A DNA stretch of 64,000 bases from Lepidodermella squamata (taxonomy: Eukaryota > Animalia > Gastrotricha). This document shows, one piece after another, positions 26,956 to 40,305 of the stretch; the first letter of the stretch is position 1, and each line of letters begins with the position of its first letter. A program made the translations under genes and the position numbers. The stretch is from the NCBI GenBank assembly GCA_047495785.1, contig JBLDXI010000054.1:372001-436000 (forward strand), read 5' to 3'. The notes below the pieces were generated by a model. It saw only the letters and a program-made list of their open reading frames with translations. It was not told where the DNA came from and ran no database searches.

Positions 26956-28886
26956 TCACAGTTTTTGCAAAAAATCCGCCACCTCAGCATGGCCATGCAT
27001 AGCTGCCACATCGCTCGCCCTCAGGCCTTCCTCATCCACAGCATGAGCAGCTTTCGGAAATTTCGAATGCAAAAATTTGACAACAGGCAGGTGACCGTAC
27101 TCGGCGGCTAGTCTCAACGGGATCATAGATTCGATAGAATCCGGCTGTTTCTCGTACAGGTATTTAACGAGTTCCAAATGGCCAGTCTCTGCAGCTGCAC
27201 AAATCGAGTTTCGGCCGGTTAATTCTTCAATCGTCAAAGCTTTTTCAAAATTTTCGCACAGGAATTTTGCCAACTCGAATCGGCCGTATTCTGCAGCTAG
27301 ATATAACGGGGTCTTTCCAGTTACAGGATCTCGCGCCTTCACAGCATCGGGATATAATTCGAAAATGTGCTTGACCATATCAATAGGTGCAAAGTTCGAT
27401 ATCGCGACAGAAAGAGGTAGAAATCCGGTTGTATTCTCGGCTAATTTGATAGCCTCATGATACAGATCATAGATATATTTGAAGGTCTCGAAGTTTCCGA
27501 TTTTAGCCGATAAAGACAATGTGGTCCGGTTACAGGGATCGACACAACGAGCGCATTCTGGGTGTTTATCACAAATGAATCTCAGAATGACTTCATTCTG
27601 AACCAACCGCTCCCAGAGCTGAATTCTCTGCTGATTCACGGCCTTTTGGTAAATTCTCTGCAGAGATCGGTCAGGATCAACTTTTGCATCTCTCGGGCTC
27701 AAACTTCCTATGTCGAATTTCAAAGCCAATAAAAGCGATGGCCCACTCAAGTTGGCTGTATCTTTCAGAATAGTTTTCATTTTTGCGTTGAGCTCGAGAT
27801 CCAAAGCAACTTGACGAATGGAATGATGGACCATTAATCTTTCAGCTTTGTCATCCGGCAGTGGCTCTAGGCGGGTAATGACCGCAAAGTTCTCCAGTTC
27901 TTTAATCGCTTCGTTCGAGTTTGTATCAAGAAGAATGGCAAGATCAGTCTGAGATGTAGATTCGTCCTCTGAGAAGAACAAAAGACTCGAAAAATTTCGC
28001 AGCTGATTCTCGCTCATCTTATCAAGGATTGATAGCGCAACCGACCGAATTGAGATTTTTTCGCCCTGCTTCAATAACTGATCGGCAACTGCTGGGAATT
28101 CGGTATTTGACGTCTCAACTTTGAATCTGCCCATCACGAGGTTAGCAAGAAGAGGTAAGCCTCGGCAATTTTTCACGATTTCACCGAGTTTGGCCGGTCC
28201 AACTTTGATTTTCACATCCATGTCGAAAAATGTTGAAGACATTATTTCAACGGACAGCGGGTTCACTATGAACGGAGGTTGCCGAATGTAGCCTTTGAAA
28301 TCTTCTTCACAGGTGTCGCTATCACTTATCAGAATGCTAGTGGTTTGTTTCATGAATTCGAGAAACTTCAAAGAGTTCTTCTGAACGTTGTCCAAAATGA
28401 AAACAACCCGGCGATGTTTCGAATTGAAGTGGTGCAGAATTCGAGCCAAGTCGGGAAATGCGATTTTGTCATTTCCGCTGGCTTTACGAGCAGAAGCGGC
28501 TAGTTTCAGCGAAAATTCCTTCTTGTTGAACCGCTCGTCAGTCAATTTCGAGCAATTTATCCAAAAAGCAACATGAAGATGACAGATTCTAGCGATTAGC
28601 TTTGAACTTGTCGGTTCAGTGAATAATTTTGATACAAGAGCTGATTTTCCGACCCCTGATGGGCCTTTTACGAGCAAAAAGCCTTTATCCGGTGAGTTTG
28701 AAAGATTTTCGATTCTGCCAAGGAGGGCTGCGAAGTCCGTTTGTCGACCAGTCAACTTCCCCTTGAAGTTAGGTATCTCAACGGACACCAAGCTGGAATA
28801 ATAAGTATTAAGGTTGAATTTGAACTCGTTTTCACGAATTCTCACCTTGAGTATGCTTGGCTGTTAACTGGACGTTTCGGTGGCAT
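26956..28886 (-). CDS. STAND NTPase (NB-ARC-like) plus ankyrin repeats, NLR-like protein
   Basis: Short exon MPPKRP..|gtgaga spliced to long ORF; Walker A GPSGVGKS, Walker B VFILDNV, GLPL motif (CRGLPLLA), MHD-like VHH; C-terminal TPLYLAA..G and PLRLAA..GH ankyrins. Confidence 0.8.
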
Positions 28887-29139
28887 ATCGTTTTATAGAC
28901 TTTTTCGGGGCATAAATGACTTTGAGTACTTTCTCATTCCATTGATAAAGTGCGCTCTTGGCCTTTCTGCTAATTAATGGACCGTGAAAACATTAAAATA
29001 ATAGCTTTCATTTTTTGACTGAAAGAAGCAGCTGTGAATCTAAATGGCTGCCAAAATACACACGGTTTCCAGGATGAGTAATAAACAATTCAGCGTCAAA
29101 CACAGGCTCGAAATATCACGACCTAAGAGGAGAAATGCT

Positions 29140-29695
29140 GTCATACCTATTATGAATCATGGATATACAGATTATATACCTGTCAGATTCCGTTTTACTG
29201 GTTGATAATCTAATTAAAGTTACAGAACACCCCAAGTTAGAGGCCGTCGCATTCTTTAGTTTATCGAATAGATTGAGGCCAGAGTTTAGGCAAGTTTGGC
29301 GACACAATGCAAATGAGCGGAAAGACATACCACGAATATGGGGTTCGCAACAAGGGTCGTGCTCCAAGGCATTTTTGCAGACGAGCAGCAAGTACGCTGA
29401 AGTACGCGTAGTTGCTAACAGCTAACTTATTCGTTGCTAACCATCCAATAAAGTCAGGGTCTCTCCTTTCAGCCTGTGGGACTCTATCTGCTCGAAGGAG
29501 TGTTTGGGCATGGCATGGTTTATGTAGCCCTTTCGCGAGTGACTGTCAAATCCTCCTTTGCATTACTTTCGACAAGAAAAAAAATCAAGTTATATCACCA
29601 ACATTGTCTACCACAAAATCATAGTGCATTTATTATTTTACAGGTCGACTGAATTCGTTGGCTGGCCCGGAGCTTCGGAACCTTGAAATTGCTAG
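29140..29695 (+). mobile_element. Helitron 3' fragment (decayed Pif1 helicase)
   Basis: DIPRI; SQGLSF..VGLYL...VFGHGMVYVALSRVT; TNIVY; GC hairpin ccggagcttcgg then terminal CTAG (29692-29695) followed by T. Confidence 0.8.
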
Positions 29696-30024
29696 TGATA
29701 GATAAAGCGCGGTAATACGCACGCTAATCTTCGAGCTGATTTCTGCAAGCTTCCAAACTAAGGCACTGATACGTAATGTTGGGAAGTTAATGCAGGATTT
29801 AATTATTTCACGTCAAAATACCACACACAATATTGTATCACATTTTTCAGATAAGATTACGAGACGTGTAGTAAGATGCTATGAAAGTCCGAATAAGCAT
29901 GTGAAATGTGAAATCTCTCGAGGTAGCCTTGATTTCACGCCGATTCCGATTCAAGAACAGAAGAGGGAGGGTTATTGATCTTCTCGACTGAAAGAATGGC
30001 TGCAAATGTTTACCAGTTTCAGAT

Positions 30025-33000
30025 TTAAGCGTGGGATGAAAAATAAAGATTAATCGCCAAAACCATGAATAGCGCTGCCAGAAAGGCCATCATGTCATAG
30101 ACACGGATGAGTGTGACCTCATCGAAGTAGCGTAGCAGGTTAATTCCTCTGGAAAGTTTAGTTTTCATCAAACTCTGAGCCATAGCTGCTGTAGCAACAA
30201 TCTCATACATTGCCAAAGCCGCAATAGTTGCTGTTAGGCTTAGAACGTAGTTTGCATATAGGATCTGCTGATCCGTCTCAGGAACGCTGTGCAAGACGTC
30301 AGATTGCGCGACGACCATTGAAAGCATGATTGTGCAACAAATTGCGGGACGATCTGGGACGTCTGGCTCCATCAGCAGACTGGCGAATCCAAGAAACAGC
30401 AAAATGTAGCAGGGAATCATGAAATTCACAATGTAGTAACTGGAGTCGCGTTTAAACTTCAAAGTGACCTTGGCGTAGGAAAAATGGGAATTGGCCCTTG
30501 ATTTCGTAGCCACAGTGCCATTTTCGGTTTTGTAGCTCTCAAATTGCCAAACACCATAATCAAGAGAACCAGCTATTTTTACAATCATCCCGCCGATGGA
30601 TAGAAACTCAGTATTCTCCTCGAGCTGCATTGTCATGTCACAGGTTTGATGGTCGAAAGGAAACGTTGTTAGGTCAAACTTGCACTTGGTAGCAAAATTT
30701 CCAACTCGAGTCCAATGGAAAAATAAGGTTCGATTCGGTCGAGTTGGATAGTAGGCAATTTCAATCTTCTCCCCGCATACCGGGTTAGTTGTGTCGAAAT
30801 CCGGAGTTTTGTTGGGGAAAATCATCGAAGGTCGCCATATGTCAGTTCGCCGGGTAGAAACGAGCCGCTCTTTATCTTCAGCTCCTGGCGCTGTATAGTT
30901 AGCGTCGCACGAAGAAACCATCCACTGCAGAAGGATGGAACCCCAAAAGTAACCCCTTTGCTGGTCCTGCTCGACAGACTCAACGTTATCGATTTGTAGG
31001 CGGATGAATATCAATGTACCAAGTCGAGGAGCCCGCTTTTCAACACTTAGATAAGGGCAAGAGACCAGATCGTCTGTTTCGACTGTTGGTACAAAATTCC
31101 CAGCCAAGAGCTGTGGAACAGGGAAGCCTGTTGTTGGATCATAGTAAGTGTCCTGAACTCCGGAATCGGTCATAGAATTCTTTGAAGTAGTTGTGAGGCT
31201 GATAGATGCTGTTGTCGCATTTTTCTGATTGATCGTTGTCGAAACAGTTGTGGTGGTGTCGTTCCTAGTCGGTGACAAAATCCAAGTCATCCTTCCCAAA
31301 AAATATGTTTGCAAAATTGTTATTTCATGGAATAATGCTTACAATCGCCTGACATAGACAGATGTCTTGAATACTACAATTTCGGACATGCTAAATCCCG
31401 TTATGTATGGTAAGTTGGTGAAACATGTAGCTGAAGGAGTCGCCCCATACCCAGGCAGTGCTGTAATACCAACCTGCAAGAAATAGCATTAACCAGCCGT
31501 GAGAAGAAATAAAGTAAGATACCAACCGTCACAGTGTAGTCGACTTTTTGTATTATCAGCCTGTACTTAGCATTGCCGCTCGAGTCGAACAAGCCCGATA
31601 AGCCGCACACTGGCTGTGTAACACTGTTGTAATTGAACGGCACTGTGGTCATAGTGGTGACTTTGGTGTTATCAAAAGCCGCGTACAGCTCCCCACTTCC
31701 GTTTGCAAGTCGCTGAGAAATGGTTAATCCATTGTAATTCTGCATAGCAGTTCCTTGGCCATCAGATGAATCTGAATTGGAGACGAATTCATTTTCGCTG
31801 GAAGATCATCTCTTGAACTTACTAAAAGACTTCCACATATAAAATGTGGGGAAGCTCAGAATTAACCAAGAAGATGACAATCCATTCGTAGGAAAATTTG
31901 CGTCTATATCCAATTCCATTCGCCATGGCCAAGTCTCATGAGTGTCGCCAAAGTCCTGTGTACACATCAAAGATTGAACATTCTGAAACGACTTGCAGAT
32001 CGACGCTCACCCCTGATACCCAGGAAAATAGTGAGCCTGTCTGAATAACACAGCCTTTGAGGTATTCGCATGAAGTAGTAGGCCATCGATAAATCCAGGC
32101 CGTGATGCTGCTGTTATAACTGTCAAAGCTGTTGATCATGTGGACTGAAGGAGGCCCGGCTAAATTAGTCGGATAAGGCAACGTAGCGGTGTCCGGTTCA
32201 GGGAGTACAGATCCTTGCGTACTCCAGAAATAACTGCGTTAAAAAATTAGCAAGACGGACAATAGTCATTTTTCCACTTTGCCTTGCGACTGAAAATTTA
32301 AGATTATATGGATTTCAAAGGAGGAGATATGAGGGGCCAGGGGGAATATGGGGGATGTCTGATTTTTTTCAAAGTTCAATCAAGAATGAGCGAAGCGAGG
32401 GAATTTCGAAGATTCTCTACTAATTCAAGCTCCGAAATCTCTAAACATTGGGCTGTTCATTTTCTTCTCTGGTCTGGGCTGATACCCCCACTGAGAATGT
32501 TTCTGAGCGTTTGGCTCAGCGCTTAAGCAGGGGATACGGTAACGCCATTAACGCCCAACGGCATCTTTTCCTGCTACCCGTTGGGAACTCGTATCGATTC
32601 GGGGAAAACGGATAAATGACCAGTATCTCGTAGGCTTCGTGACGAGCTAGGGGCGTCTTTTGGGACTGTCACCAAACTGCACTAAAGTGTCATCAAAATC
32701 GATTTTGCACGAAGTTTTAACCATAACCCAACTGAATGCATTTCTGGATAGATCGCATCACGCTCTTTGAGAGCGGCTTTCTAGCTATCACCGTTCTTGA
32801 GATAATCGTCAACAGGTGACAACAGGTAAGGTCACTTGACAACTTGACACTGGAATATTGAAAATATTTTCCGAAACATTCTGGGCTTTAATGGGTTTTA
32901 AAGTTCAACAGCAGTCAACTTACAATTTCCGGATGACGATATCAGAATTAGAACCCATCCCGATGAAGAAAGGCCCATTGTAATTCTGGTCCGCCATCAG

Positions 33001-34011
33001 GTTATGCAAATCGAAATAGGCTCCGACAAGAAGCATATTAGCGATGCAACTCGTCGCTTGTAACGCAACGTTGCCGTTCAGAGGAATAATGAAAACCTGA
33101 TTGTAAATCAAAATTTCAGGCCAAACTTTCCTCTTTCCACGCGAAATAACCAACGTTGTACGTGCGATAATTACGCAGCGATTGAAACACGATTCGATAC
33201 GTAGAGCTGCCTGAACTTGTCATAACGTTATTGTTACCACAGCTAGGCTGAGATTCGCCAAATTTGGCGCTTCCGTTCAACGGCGGACGATACCTGGAGT
33301 TTGCCGTTGCGGGCTGTTTGACATCAAAAAAGCTCACATAAATCTTGCCGCCCACTTCAAGCTTGTGCCAAACTGTCGCGCTTGCCGCATAGGAGCTGAA
33401 GGAATCGTAAATCAGGGCTGTGTTATTCGATTTTGCTGAAGAAAAGAAGTTTTAATTTATGGTCGAACAACTGACTGGAAGACTGACCCGGCATCATGTC
33501 TCCTGTTTGTCCGATTCCAAATCCAAACCACGCGTCCGAGTTACTGGTTTTATACGTCACGGCAACTTCAACCTCAATTCTAAACGGATTCACTAATCCA
33601 TGTTTATCGGTTATCAGCTGCAAAAGCCATGGTCAGCTGATATGATACAATTTGAGGTAACTCACAGTTCCTGCAACCATTCCGAATGTTTTGTTAGCAT
33701 TTGCCTGTGAGGAGATGAGCTGAATGCCGTTTTGAATGTATTCGGCTGAGTACGAGAGAGCAAGGCTGGAGTTTCCGTTTAAACTCCCATCAGTGCGGTC
33801 GAAAGACAGGTCAGCTATATAGCGTGGAGTCCCTTCCAGGAATATTTCAAGTGGAACAGAAGCCGTGTCTGGCACAGGGTCGTTTCCTGATTCAACTGCA
33901 CCTAATTTCCAGGTTTATCACTTATTTAATCACTGATTCGTACAATTTGAAACCTGTAGCAGCAGCCACAATGATAAGAGTGAAAACCAAATCTGACTTT
34001 GAACAAGGCAT
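30025..34011 (-). CDS. Cys-loop ligand-gated ion channel with N-terminal tandem lectin/jelly-roll-like domains, paralog 1 (10 exons)
   Basis: Cys-loop CKFDLTTFPFDHQTC (C-x13-C), IWRP, four TM helices; upstream exons splice in frame (..VRR tt|gtaag...ag|g ATG ACT TGG); intron positions and phases match paralog 2. Confidence 0.85.
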
Positions 34012-34394
34012 CGTGAGGCAAATCACAAAATATGACGGAACAAGTTTTAGCAATGAAAGGTTTTTTCTAGGTATATTGCATATTGCTCTTCGATAAGTGG
34101 GTAAAAATTAGGTGGTTGGTAGCGTTTTTCCGTGTTACCTTTTAGTAGCCAAGGCTCGAGAACGTAGGACACACATGGCACTTAGCTCTTGCCTGCATTG
34201 CTTGAATTCGAAAGCATTGTTTTTTTTCAGTTTCGCCTTTTAGTAGCCCAGGCTCTAAAGCGTAGGATAGCTCTAGTTTGCACTGCTTGATGTTTATCAA
34301 GCGATCGATACCGATTTTTGTTCAGGATACTGAATTCTATATCACGTGATCGAAGTTGTCAGGAATGGTCCGGAAAGCAATTGCTGGCCTAATA

Positions 34395-36091
34395 ATATCG
34401 CTCCTTTTGCCCTATAAGGGAACTTTTCTGGTTTTACCCACCCATTTTCAGTTGAGAACGCCTCCTAGCATATTGCATTATCGCGGCGCGGCTCAGTACT
34501 GTTATTATAAGAATGCGCGGCTCGATGCCTTATACTCTGCAGAATAAATTTATTACATAAAGCCTTTATTGCAGTAGTATGGCTGTTTCGCAGAGAATAT
34601 TTGCAAGATAATCGCCAGAAAACGTTTTTTATGCAAGATAAATTCTGAGATTTTTCGACTTTTTCCCTCGAAATTCAAAACTTTTACAATTTGGTTTCAT
34701 TTTCTGCTTCATAAGAGTAATGAAACCACCAGTCCCTTCCACCGTCAAGGTCTTCGAGAAGGACGTTGCATTCGAGGAAGTCAAATTCTGGGTGAATAAT
34801 AATTTCCCATTACTCAGAATCAAGTTCTCTGGAAATTCGGGTGGAAAACGTTACGCTTACTACAAGTGCGAATATTTTATGAAGCATGGCTTTCTGAGGT
34901 GCCCAGCGTCAGCAAAAATCATCGAAAACAGCTTTCGTTTCTCAAAATCCAGAACATAAGCATGAGCAAGATCCAAATGCGACGAGCAGCAAGTTCTTGC
35001 GAATTGACAGCACAGCGTCTGCTGTGGTTAACAATTTCCTCAAAAGCTCCAATCCAATAGCCGATGGAGAGAAGTTGCAGTCATCAATCGCAGCTAGATA
35101 CAGATCGATGGGTCTCAAGAACACGCCAATGCCCTCGATAAGTCAATTGAGAAAGGCAATAGCAACACAACGGAAAAAGCAGAGAGCGAGCAGGCGCAAA
35201 GTGGACATTCGCCAGAATATGATCCAAATTCCGACTCCAACCCCGACTCCAACCCCGACTCCAACTCCAACAGTGCGAGTTACCGATCCCGAAAAAAGCG
35301 AACCATCAATTGTTGCTAACTTCCTCATTGTGGCATTTCTCGCTTACACTGGCTTTCGCCTCCTGAGCTAATTAGCAACTTCAAAATGCGAAACCCCAGA
35401 GCCCTCAAGTCAGTGTACAAAACATATGCTGCATGTCAGCGCCTTACTTGCCTGTCAAATTATACGCATTGAAATGAATCAGTTTCAAGTATGTCAGTCT
35501 GCACTTGTATACCTGGCTATAGGCTATCAACTATCTCTAATATCTCAATAAAACACAGTTTACTTGAAGAGTCACCCGTCCAGTAAAATAACGCTGATTA
35601 ATCAGGCATCGGTATCAAAACCATACTATCAAATGTGACTGATTGAACGAGAATATGGAGCCGTCAAAACTTGAATTTTTGCTTGGAAAGCTTGGGCTGG
35701 CAGGGGATTATGCTACTGAAGGTCTTTGTGCCATGAAGCAGTCAATGAACAAGACTTTCGTTCATTTTATGCTTTTTTCCACTTGAATTTCTGCAGAATA
35801 CCGGGCGCCAACTGCAAGAAAACCCGGTTGTTATGCAGAAAGCCAAATTTTCTATGCAAGATAACCGTTTCCAAATAGCTCATCCTGCATAAAGAATGGG
35901 GCGCACACGCGTTTTTATGTAAGAGAACTTGCTGATTGCTCGCATCTTATGCGAAATAGTAGACAGCGTGGGTAATGCTTCTGCAGCCCGAGAAAAAAAT
36001 TACGCCGCTCGCAAACATATGAATTAATACGCGGCTGCGATCATACATCGGTTTTCGAAGAAGTTCCCTTATAGGGCAAAAGGAGCGATAT
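34395..36091. mobile_element. Non-autonomous DNA transposon with 31-bp perfect TIRs carrying FLYWCH/WRKY-like ORF
   Basis: atatcgctccttttgccctataagggaactt (34395-34425) inverted at 36061-36091; subterminal TGCA(A)GA(T)AA-like repeats. Confidence 0.8.
34720..35371 (+). pseudogene. FLYWCH/WRKY-like Zn-finger + helical domain + (PT)n + hydrophobic tail; one frameshift near 34940
   Basis: YKC-x9-RCPA...EHKH across frameshift; PSISQLRKAI; (CCGACTCCAACC)n repeat. Confidence 0.55.
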
Positions 36092-36316
36092 AATGAAACC
36101 GCAAAAACAATTAACTCATAAAAAGAGTAGAACTTCTTTAATACGCCAGACGTCACCTCTAACTCATGAAGGGCGAAAAAGAAAGCCTTTGAGCCTTTTC
36201 CAATTTATTTAGGAATCAGGAAAACTTTTTAACTTTCACCCCAATTTGCATCTATAGTTAAAAAAAGAAATTCAAACAGAAGAACGCTCCTCGTGAGTAA
36301 AATCAGAAGTTTCAAT

Positions 36317-37540
36317 TTACAAGTTTTTATTCTCCGAATCGAAACTTAACCCACGGACAATCTTGAAAACCTGTTCTCCCTGAAGGCCGAATCGGCAAGC
36401 AATGCGGGAAACTTCAGCCATCCGTTCAAGTTTCAGATCGATCCGCTTGTTGTAACGATATGTGTGAAACCATTGCCGTACTCGTTGAAACGGAAGGTCT
36501 ACTTTATCGGCAAGTCGCTTCATTTCGTCATCTGTCGGCCTATCATTTCGGTCAAACAACGACTTGAGCGCTGAATACTGGGAGGCTGATAGCAATTTTG
36601 CTTTTCGAGGTTTAGGTTTAATTTTCACAGCCTTAGTCTTCCTGCAGATAGTGATCGATCTGTGTAGCATCCAATGCCGAACTCGGCGCGGTGTTGTTCC
36701 AAGCCTGGTCGATATGTCGAGGACGCGGTTTGCATGAAGCCTTGTTGGCTTGACCAGCTCTTCATTCAGAATCTTGAGCTGCCAGGGCTCGAACCCCCTT
36801 CTTTTCTCGGGCTCATCAATATTGCTTTCATTGATTCTGTTAACCTAGAAAAATCCAATGAGTATGCTTGATTAAATGAATCAATTCCTATATGGCATTA
36901 CTTTATCATAGGCCTCGTAATTTTTCAGCTTGGTTCCAGTCAGAATTCGTTGTCTTTTGAACCAACCCACAACATAACTTCTCGGACAGCCAATTATTTC
37001 AGCAAGCTCAGTTTTCCGAATGGAATTTGGCGCGATGTTCACTTTGAACTCCTAAGGAGAACAAGATTTAACATAGGAAAATTTTATTTCATTCCTCACA
37101 TTCTCTAACAGATCGCGATTTTCTTTCGTAAAAATGAATCTCTTCTTTTTCGGGGCGTTGGGTGGTTTGTTCAACTGCCGTTGATAGCACAGCCAGCGTT
37201 CAATTCTGGGGAGAGTCACGCCACTTTTCGCTGACATTCTCGCACGTTCTTCTTTACTTGGATAAGGATTCCCCTTGAACCACTCTTGTAGAACGTCGAA
37301 TTGAGCTGTTGACAGTAGGACCTGTTTCTTTGCCCTGATTTCGGACACGTTCGACGCTTTCCTGGAATTGAACCAATCGTGAATACGAGATTCGCGCTCG
37401 TTTATTTTCTTCGACAGTAGATACACCAACTCTCTCAGCTCATTGCTTCGGTGCTTTGTATCACTGAATTGCCGCTTTTGCCATTCTTCCAAATGGTCGC
37501 ATAATATTTCAAGCTGCCAAGGTTCGAAGCCACGAAGCAT
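36317..37540 (-). CDS. Five-homeodomain protein, paralog 1 (exons 37540-37100, 37051-36902, 36844-36317; about 372 aa)
   Basis: Five helix-3 motifs (IHDWFNSRK, IERWLCYQR, VVGWFKRQR, VRHWMLHRS, VRQWFHTYR); F..NPYPS..ER; phase-0 introns. Confidence 0.8.
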
Positions 37541-38186
37541 ACCTAACGTATATAATAACTTGTATATAGTAGTTCGGGTAACACACACTAATAATTTGAA
37601 TTATAACACAAGAATAAACTTATTCACTTATACGCAAGTCAGAAGTGCAGATATCCCGCGCACGCAAGTGCGCAATGGATCGAATCGCCTCTATTCACTC
37701 TATTCGCTCTCTAAACATGAAAACATAAAAATCTTTATTTGTTTCCTGGCAAATATATACCAAATCCAACCGATTCCTTCTTTTCACTAAATTACTGTGT
37801 TCATCATGGACAGGGTAGGTATAGGCTGGAGTTGGAAACACAGACAATAGTTTAGGATGGGCGAACAATTACAAGTGGCAACTTTTACAACAGGATAGGC
37901 CACATAGCAAGACCACGCTGGAGACAAAGGGAACCGAAAGCGAAGTATGACTAGACAGAAATAGCGACTGAAACAGCTAAGATACAAGCGGCACGTGTAG
38001 GGCCGGCCTGTGTATGGTGGAACGGTGCTTTGCCACTACGCTGGCGATGGGGCTTTTGTAAAACTTGCCCGTATGTGACGTTTACTGTAAATTCAACTAA
38101 TTTAACCAAATTACGCTGGTGTGCACTCGGGCATACCTAGAGGTTTCGGCTCGAGCACGGCGTAAAACAATGGGAACCAGAGCTAT

Positions 38187-39649
38187 CAGTGCGCGAAGTA
38201 CGGGGGGAATGAGGGGTATCGTACCCCCCAGTTGACAAGGCCAAAGTGAAAAATCCCCCAAACAACCACAGGGGCCACTCTAAGACCTGACACGGTTTTC
38301 GCCTATATTAAAAACCTAGTCCGTAACCCGTGTCATTTTTCGCACGAGACCCGTTATGTAAGGTGAGACTATCTGAACCGGGACGCCCGGCTTTCGACCC
38401 GGCTGTGGCGTATCGCCATACGTAACGGGTCTCGTGCGAAAAATGACACGGGTTTGCCCCGGCTTTGACCAGACCCGTTTTGGTTCCACCATTCCGGTTT
38501 TCACCCCGATTTTCGTATCCTTTCATCTTTTTCATCTTTTCATTTCCAACTTGGAACTTATACAACAAGAAGCCGCGGTCAACAAGTGCAAGTCTTTAGT
38601 TAGACGGAGAGCCAGAGTAATTTAAAAAAGTGGAAACATGAGAAAAGCTGTTTAGGTTTGATGCGCGGGTGGGAGAGCTATCCGGTCCGATTAAACCGAA
38701 ATTTTGAATACCTCTTATAAAATACAAATAAATTAGACAATAAGTACTTGTTGGATAAAAACGATTTGTGGAGAACTTTTCTCAATTAGAAAGGCGTGTA
38801 GGCCCTCTCGCAGCCATCATCGCAGACTAATACAAGCAAAACAAGACAAATTAGGAACAAAATGATTAGTTGAAGGTTGAAATTAGGTTGAATTCAGGTA
38901 GAGTTGCCCCATTGACGGCTGAGAATTTTCGAAAGAGATGAGCATCTAAGAAAGCGATTGTTTGCTAAAATTACATTCTAAAAGTCTATATAATACCAAG
39001 GAGCCTAGACCCTAGACTGAGGAAAATTGAGTCGCCCAAGTTCTGAAAGCATCAAATTCGTGCCAGCGTGCATGGGCTCTCACCTAAAACCTAAATCATC
39101 ACAAATACAACTCATACGTCGAATAAAATGCAAGTCAGCTAATCTCTCGTCGAGGTCCGATATATTTTGAATTTTTGAAAAACCGGACCTCGCCGAGGGA
39201 ATGGTCGACGGCATCCCGGGTTACTACCCGGATTTATCGCGCGCGTTGTTAAGCGTAATCCCCACTTAGTGGGGAGAGTCACTGGTTACAGCCGCATCCT
39301 GGTTCACGTTCCAGGTTTTCCCGGTTCGACGAAATTTGAATGAAAAGGCCAAGCCGGGCCGGAAACCGGCTCGCGCTAGTATCGGTTCTCGGGCTAGGCT
39401 TTCCAATATTGTATCGGGTTTGCACTGGCTTTTGGATTCGTTTGCCGTTGCGAGACCAGCTACTTCTGACGTAACGATTCGAGGACTAGGTTTTCTAACA
39501 TTGTCCCGGGCTTCGCTCGGCTTTCGTAAAAACGAAAACCATTTCCCGTAAAGTTTTAGAGTTTCAGAGTTTTAGAGTAGGGGACCCTTTAGTCATAAAC
39601 TTTGGGCCCGAAAATACCCCTCAGCTCGAGGATCCTACTTCACGCACTG
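38187..39649. mobile_element. Non-autonomous hAT-like element
   Basis: TIR cagtgcgcgaagta / tacttcacgcactg (13/14 match); exact 8-bp TSD AGAGCTAT at 38179-38186 and 39650-39657. Confidence 0.85.
38325..38454. repeat. Perfect 32-bp inverted repeat (hairpin) inside hAT element
   Basis: aacccgtgtcatttttcgcacgagacccgtta at 38325-38356; reverse complement at 38423-38454. Confidence 0.9.
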
Positions 39650-40305
39650 AGAGCTATTGTTCAGCAATCGCGCAGCTTGGGCTTGGGCTTGGGCCATAGA
39701 GGGACTTCGCCAAGGCGTTAACATAAACGTCGAGTAAGAGCATTTTTGAAGCGACCCGAGCGCGGTCTCTTCAAAGCACTGCTTCTCGGTCGGCCTTGGG
39801 TATGCCTGAGCGCGAATGGGCCGACTCTGGCCCCAACACTTTCATTGAGCTTTTTATTTGCTTTTATAGCTTTTTGCTTTTATATTTTCATGTTTTATGT
39901 TGTGAATTGAGCATGATTCGGTTTTTTCTAGCTCCCAGCTTGGTTGTCAAGCATGCTTTGCGAAAAGCGTGGCATCGCCTTTTATCGCGCTTCCATTATT
40001 GAACGTTGAATTACGTATGAGTTAGCAATTACAGCCTACACGTTTGAATACTGGGCTGAAACGGACTTGGCTAGTAGCAATTAGCGCACGCAAACTCACT
40101 AGGATTTCCCATCAAGAATTTATTCGTGAGTGCTATTTAGATAGATTCACATGCCACTGTTTTGAATGATGTTTTTCGATGCATTCTCACAACGCTTTAG
40201 AATAGCTCGAACCCTGGCTAGTAAGCATCGAATTTTTCGATCGTACCACATATTCAACTTGACTACTGATCTTCAAAACGAATAATATCAGAAATAAGGC
40301 GACTC

